Source: a virus
Direction: 5' to 3' (one strand)
Virus record (IMG/VR): IMGVR_UViG_3300021225_000468
Span: 1-64,000 of that record
DNA length: 64,000 nucleotides
Shown here: positions 60,012-64,000 of the stretch, piece after piece
Position numbering within the stretch: position 1 is the first letter of the stretch
Layout of the letters: every line of letters starts with the position of its first letter
Made by a program: the position numbers and the translations under genes
Notes under the pieces: model-generated
Seen by the model: the letters and a program-made list of their open reading frames with translations, nothing else
Databases searched by the model: none
Told to the model about the DNA's origin: nothing

Positions 60012-60889
60012 TGAACTTATTTAAACTATATAGTAAATTATTACTTGAACAAAATTATGGTAATAGAAAAGTAAAAACAATAATTGATGCTATGAAAAAT
60101 AGACATCCAATTACTTTCTATTATAGTGGTCCACAAACACCTCCAAAAGATAGGGTACTTAATGGTGTTAGAATTCGTGCTGAAGTTGTTGCGTATGGTT
60201 TAAGTAAAAAGGGAAATGAAATAATTAGAGCATATATAGGACCCCCCTCAACTACTTTAAGAGGATATGATAAAACTCATTGGAGAACATTTAGAATTGA
60301 CAGAATCAGTTCTGTTAGAGTTATTTCTGATGAAACATTCGAAAAAAGAAACGATGGTCAATATAAAGAGGGTAGTGAGAATTCAAATGGTCCTATGGCG
60401 AAAACTTATTTTACAGTAAGTTGGGATTCAAGTCCTGAAATAGTTAGTAAACCTAAAATCACAACACCAACACCTACAGTTAAAAAAGAATTACCTCCCG
60501 AAGAAAAACCTGAACCAACTGTAGAACCACTACCTGAACCTTTACCGAAAGAAAAACCAACTATATCACCAACGGTTGACTTAGGACAAGAAATTTTCAA
60601 GAAGATACAACCAAACATAAAAGAAAAGGAAAGTGGGAAATATCTTTCAAATATTGATTTTGAAACTTTTTCAAAAGAATTATATAAATTGAAAGAAAAA
60701 GAATGGGTTGATAATCAAAAAGTATTAAATAAAAATATTAAACCAGGTGAGGGAACAAGGAAAAAATTTGAAATTGATTCAAAAAATGAATTAGCACAAA
60801 TATTAAGAAAAAATAATATTAATGTAGTGAATAATATAGATACCATTAATGAATCTTTATTGAAGATAAAACATTTAATGTATCGATAA
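60011..60889 (+). CDS. WYL-domain-containing protein
   Basis: IIDAMKNRHPITFYY...R.EVVAYG...IRAY...WRTFRIDRISSVRV pattern, followed by a Pro/Glu linker. Confidence 0.75.
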   Translation: MNLFKLYSKLLLEQNYGNRKVKTIIDAMKNRHPITFYYSGPQTPPKDRVLNGVRIRAEVVAYGLSKKGNEIIRAYIGPPSTTLRGYDKTHWRTFRIDRISSVRVISDETFEKRNDGQYKEGSENSNGPMAKTYFTVSWDSSPEIVSKPKITTPTPTVKKELPPEEKPEPTVEPLPEPLPKEKPTISPTVDLGQEIFKKIQPNIKEKESGKYLSNIDFETFSKELYKLKEKEWVDNQKVLNKNIKPGEGTRKKFEIDSKNELAQILRKNNINVVNNIDTINESLLKIKHLMYR

Positions 60890-60916
60890 AAATATTTATC
60901 ATTAAAATAAAAATAT

Positions 60917-61471
60917 ATGTCAACAGGAGCGATATCAGAAAATGACTTAATGCATAGATTAGTCCAAGCAAAAAAAGTAATGAATAAAGTAGATACAGGT
61001 AATTTTGAAAGAGGTAGTGTAAACGAATCAATTTTGACAAGTTCACCTGAAGAAGTTGCACAAATGCCTAACTTACCAAAACCATCACAAAAAGTTATTA
61101 ATGTAGATAAAATTAACAACTCTAAATTACCTGATGTAATCAAGAAAGCAATGATAGAAAATCCAATTCCTCAAATATCTTTGAATGACACAATAGACAT
61201 GGATTTTGTAAAAGGAGCAAAAAGATTAATGGAGAAAGAAGGATTATCCAAAAAAAGTTCGGAAACAAAATCAACAACAGTATATAACAATAATATTGAT
61301 ATGAATGCCATATCAGTATTGATTGAAAATACAATTAGAAAAGTATTGGATGAAAAACTAAATCAAATTCTGAGTGCACATCAAACAGCATCAATTAATG
61401 AAAATTTGGTCTTAAAAGTTGGTGATTCAATATTCAAAGGAAAAATTACAGGAGTTAATAAGGCAAAATGA
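60917..61471 (+). CDS. Hypothetical late protein
   Basis: 184-aa ORF with NSKLPDVIKKAMIENPI and C-terminal LKVGDSIFKGKI; upstream TATTTAT. Confidence 0.7.
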   Translation: MSTGAISENDLMHRLVQAKKVMNKVDTGNFERGSVNESILTSSPEEVAQMPNLPKPSQKVINVDKINNSKLPDVIKKAMIENPIPQISLNDTIDMDFVKGAKRLMEKEGLSKKSSETKSTTVYNNNIDMNAISVLIENTIRKVLDEKLNQILSAHQTASINENLVLKVGDSIFKGKITGVNKAK

Positions 61472-61522
61472 TTTTGTTTTTCAAAATATTTTAGTATTAT
61501 TTAAACATAATATTATGTTTAA

Positions 61523-62749
61523 ATGTCTAAAATTAAATTATTAACAATACCTTCTGATACACATGGAGTAGGTAAATTCAGAATTCTTGACCCTTTTAAA
61601 TTTATTGGTGATAATCATTCAGACGAATGTCATGTAGATATCATGTACGATGTCCCTGAAGATGATAACTTATTTTTAAATTACGATATTATCGTATTTC
61701 ATTCCTTTATTCATAAAGCCCCTCATGAAATTAATATCAAAAGAATCAATTGGTTAAAGTCAAAAGGTATTAAAGTTGTTATGGATATTGATGATTTATG
61801 GTTTGTTGACCAAAGACATCCTATGTATCATCAAGTTCTATTGAATAAAATTTCAGAAAAAAAAGTGGAAATGTTAAAGTTGGTTGATTATGTTTCAACT
61901 ACAACACCATTTTTTGCAAAAACTTTGAAAGATAGACTGTCTATAAAAAATATAGTGATATTTCCTAACGCGGTTAACGAAGAAGAAGAACAGTTTAAAA
62001 TTAACAAAATTCAATCAGATAAAATTAGATTTGGATGGTTAGGTGGTTCTTCACATTTATATGACATAGAATTGTTAGAACAGGGTATATCAAGTATACA
62101 TGCGTCATATAAGGACAAGATTCAATTTGTCTTATGTGGTTTTGATACAAGAGGAACAGTTACAGAAATTAAAAAAGAAACAGGTGAACAAGTTCAAAGA
62201 CCAATACAACCTTTTGAAACTGTATGGTTTAAGTATGAAAGTATTTTCACTGATAAATTTAGAGTTTTAGACCAAGATTATAAAACATATTTATTTAATT
62301 TTATTGAATCTCCTTATGATGATAAAAATAAACCATATGTAAGAAGATGGACAAAAAATATTAATACATACGCAACTAATTACAATTACTTTGATGTATC
62401 TTTAGCACCATTAGTTGATTCTATATTTAATAACAATAAATCTCAACTTAAAGTTATTGAATCAGGATTCCATAAAAAAGCATTAATTGCAAGTGAAGTA
62501 AATCCTTATACGTTAGATTTGGTAAATTCAATAGAAAATGGTAAATTTAATGAAAAGGGTAATTCTTTACTTGTATCACCAAAGAAAAACCACAAACAAT
62601 GGGCTCAACATATGAAAAAATTAATCGAAAATCCAAATCTAATTGAAGATATGGGGAATAGACTTTATGAAACAGTTAAAGACAAATACTCTCTAAAAAA
62701 CGTATGTAAAGACAGAGTACAATTTTTCAAAACAATTATTAACAAATAA
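61523..62749 (+). CDS. Glycosyltransferase (GT-B fold, GT4-like)
   Basis: VVMDIDDLW, STTTPFFA, IFPNAV, RFGWLGGSSH, DVSLAPL...FNNNKSQLKVIESG...IAS. Confidence 0.88.
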   Translation: MSKIKLLTIPSDTHGVGKFRILDPFKFIGDNHSDECHVDIMYDVPEDDNLFLNYDIIVFHSFIHKAPHEINIKRINWLKSKGIKVVMDIDDLWFVDQRHPMYHQVLLNKISEKKVEMLKLVDYVSTTTPFFAKTLKDRLSIKNIVIFPNAVNEEEEQFKINKIQSDKIRFGWLGGSSHLYDIELLEQGISSIHASYKDKIQFVLCGFDTRGTVTEIKKETGEQVQRPIQPFETVWFKYESIFTDKFRVLDQDYKTYLFNFIESPYDDKNKPYVRRWTKNINTYATNYNYFDVSLAPLVDSIFNNNKSQLKVIESGFHKKALIASEVNPYTLDLVNSIENGKFNEKGNSLLVSPKKNHKQWAQHMKKLIENPNLIEDMGNRLYETVKDKYSLKNVCKDRVQFFKTIINK

Positions 62750-62759
62750 AACAAAAACC

Positions 62760-62990
62760 ATGCATTATTTAGTGACTATCGGTTATGAAACAGACCAACA
62801 AGACAGAAACGGAAATCCTCGTCTACAAAAATTGAAATACATTTTGGAGGCAGAATCTGTTGAGGAAGCAACAATAGTTGCAAGTAAATACAGAGCAGGA
62901 GATATTCGTTCATCGGAAAGTATCTCTATCATGAAAATGCCAATTGAATGTGTAATTGACAAAAAAAATACACCCGAATATTATAAATAA
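62760..62990 (+). CDS. Small hypothetical protein (DUF4494-like)
   Basis: YLVTIGYE...NG...K.KYILEAESVEEA resembles a Bacteroidota small-protein family, recognised from memory. Confidence 0.55.
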   Translation: MHYLVTIGYETDQQDRNGNPRLQKLKYILEAESVEEATIVASKYRAGDIRSSESISIMKMPIECVIDKKNTPEYYK

Positions 62991-62995
62991 TAATT

Positions 62996-63220
62996 ATGGA
63001 GTTTTATAATAGAGATATTCAAATATTAAGACAGTCTCAGTCTAAAATGGCATTAGAATATGTAAATCATATTGGTGCAAAAGTCACCTTTTCTGAATTA
63101 CAAAGAATAACTGATGTTTTTATTGAGTGTTGTCTTAGACCTCAAGATGATGAATTGAAAGAACGTATTAAAAAATTAGATGTTTGGTTGAAACAAAAAA
63201 CTGAAAACAATGGACAATAA
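62996..63220 (+). CDS. Small hypothetical protein
   Basis: 74-aa ATG ORF coupled to its neighbours. Confidence 0.65.
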   Translation: MEFYNRDIQILRQSQSKMALEYVNHIGAKVTFSELQRITDVFIECCLRPQDDELKERIKKLDVWLKQKTENNGQ

Positions 63221-63782
63221 GGAACTTGAAAATTTTTTAAATAAAATTAAAAATTTAGACGATATTATTAATGACGATAATACAGATTCGTCTTCATTCA
63301 TTAACGAATTTGATGAAGTTATGTCAATGTTAAAACCAAAACATAATTTTTCATCATTGGATGTTAAAATTAAAAAATTACATCCTGATGCTGTAATTCC
63401 AAAGTACGCTAAAGATGGTGATGCTGGTTTGGATTTGGTGGCGACAGAAATTATTGATAATACATCAACTCAAGTGACATATGGTACAGGACTTGCTATG
63501 GAAATCCCATATGGTTATGTTGGGTTATTATTTCCACGCTCATCAATTAAAAATCATGAGTTAGAATTATCTAACAGCGTTGGTGTTGCGGATTCAGGAT
63601 ATAGAGGTGAAATTCGTGCGGTGTTCAATAAAACAAATGGTCCTGATTCAATGAAGTATAAAGTTGGTGATAGGGTGGTACAACTTATCATTCTACCTTA
63701 TCCTAAAATTAACTTTGTGTTAAGTGATGAATTATCTGATAGTGAAAGAGGTACAGGTGGATATGGTAGTACTGGAACTTGA
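63210..63782 (+). CDS. dut: Trimeric dUTPase with acidic N-terminal extension
   Basis: AGLDL, PRSS, GVADSGYRGEI, GDRVVQL, RGTGGYGSTG (motifs I-V). Confidence 0.96.
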   Translation: MDNKELENFLNKIKNLDDIINDDNTDSSSFINEFDEVMSMLKPKHNFSSLDVKIKKLHPDAVIPKYAKDGDAGLDLVATEIIDNTSTQVTYGTGLAMEIPYGYVGLLFPRSSIKNHELELSNSVGVADSGYRGEIRAVFNKTNGPDSMKYKVGDRVVQLIILPYPKINFVLSDELSDSERGTGGYGSTGT

Positions 63783-63822
63783 TATTTATGTATAATAAAT
63801 AAATTATTTAAAAATTAATGGG

Positions 63823-64000
63823 TTGAGAAGTAAAAACAAGGTAGTAGAAGTAGAGGAAAATATCACACCAAATAAAAGAAGAATTAGAGAGTTATTTAGA
63901 AGACCAAAAGAAAAATTTTTAACAAAATCACAAAAAGAATATTGGGATGTACTTCATGAAAATCAAATAACATTATGTTTTGGTCCTGCGGGTGTGGGTA
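63823..64000 (+). CDS. phoH: PhoH-family ATPase, N-terminal part (truncated by the window edge; absent from the ORF track)
   Basis: A TTG start gives MRSKNK...FLTKSQKEYWDVLHENQITLCFGPAGVG, the PhoH-type lead-in to Walker A. Confidence 0.85.
   Translation, partial: MRSKNKVVEVEENITPNKRRIRELFRRPKEKFLTKSQKEYWDVLHENQITLCFGPAGVG

Noticed and set aside
274-61334. Many short opposite-strand or nested ORFs in the track (e.g. 274..495, 431..622, 2018..2314, 21900..22331, 39761..40246, 56578..57039, 60715..61143)
   Set aside because: They are shadow frames of long, motif-bearing genes and have no recognisable motifs or independent start context.
1-64000. Stop-codon reassignment, as in some large phages
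   Set aside because: Genes are full length and tightly packed under the standard code. TAG (tube, 40845) and TGA (44640; dut) serve as real stops.

Overview
The window is a 64-kb piece of a very AT-rich, gene-dense, large contractile-tailed dsDNA bacteriophage (T4-superfamily-like myovirus) read with the standard genetic code. Tail and neck genes include sheath, tube, a degenerate tube paralog, tail chaperone, tape measure, hub and wedge proteins, neck proteins and giant fibre-like proteins. They are interleaved with a replication block (class II RNR, DnaB/gp41 helicase, 5'-3' exonuclease, RecA/UvsX, gp32-like SSB), family B DNA polymerase, SNF2 helicase, glycosyltransferase, dUTPase and a partial PhoH. 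A-rich starts without Shine-Dalgarno motifs suggest a Bacteroidota host (inference). I saw no tRNA, CRISPR array, integrase or IS. The main unannotated signals are: (1) a 300-bp sheath-tube intergenic element with a near-perfect bacterial parS site and an antisense promoter/stem/AT-rich/terminator unit (candidate origin or ncRNA); (2) a probable programmed +1 frameshift (UUU_UUU_CGC) extending the tail chaperone; (3) a [ST]-G-x-T motif strongly enriched in virion proteins, alongside Thr-Pro mucin-like tracts and a phage glycosyltransferase; (4) a sense-strand TATTTAT late-promoter-like motif, the reverse complement of the T4 late promoter; (5) shared Glu-containing terminal tags on putative head cargo proteins, including a WYL-domain protein. 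All product calls come from motif recognition by eye, without database searches.
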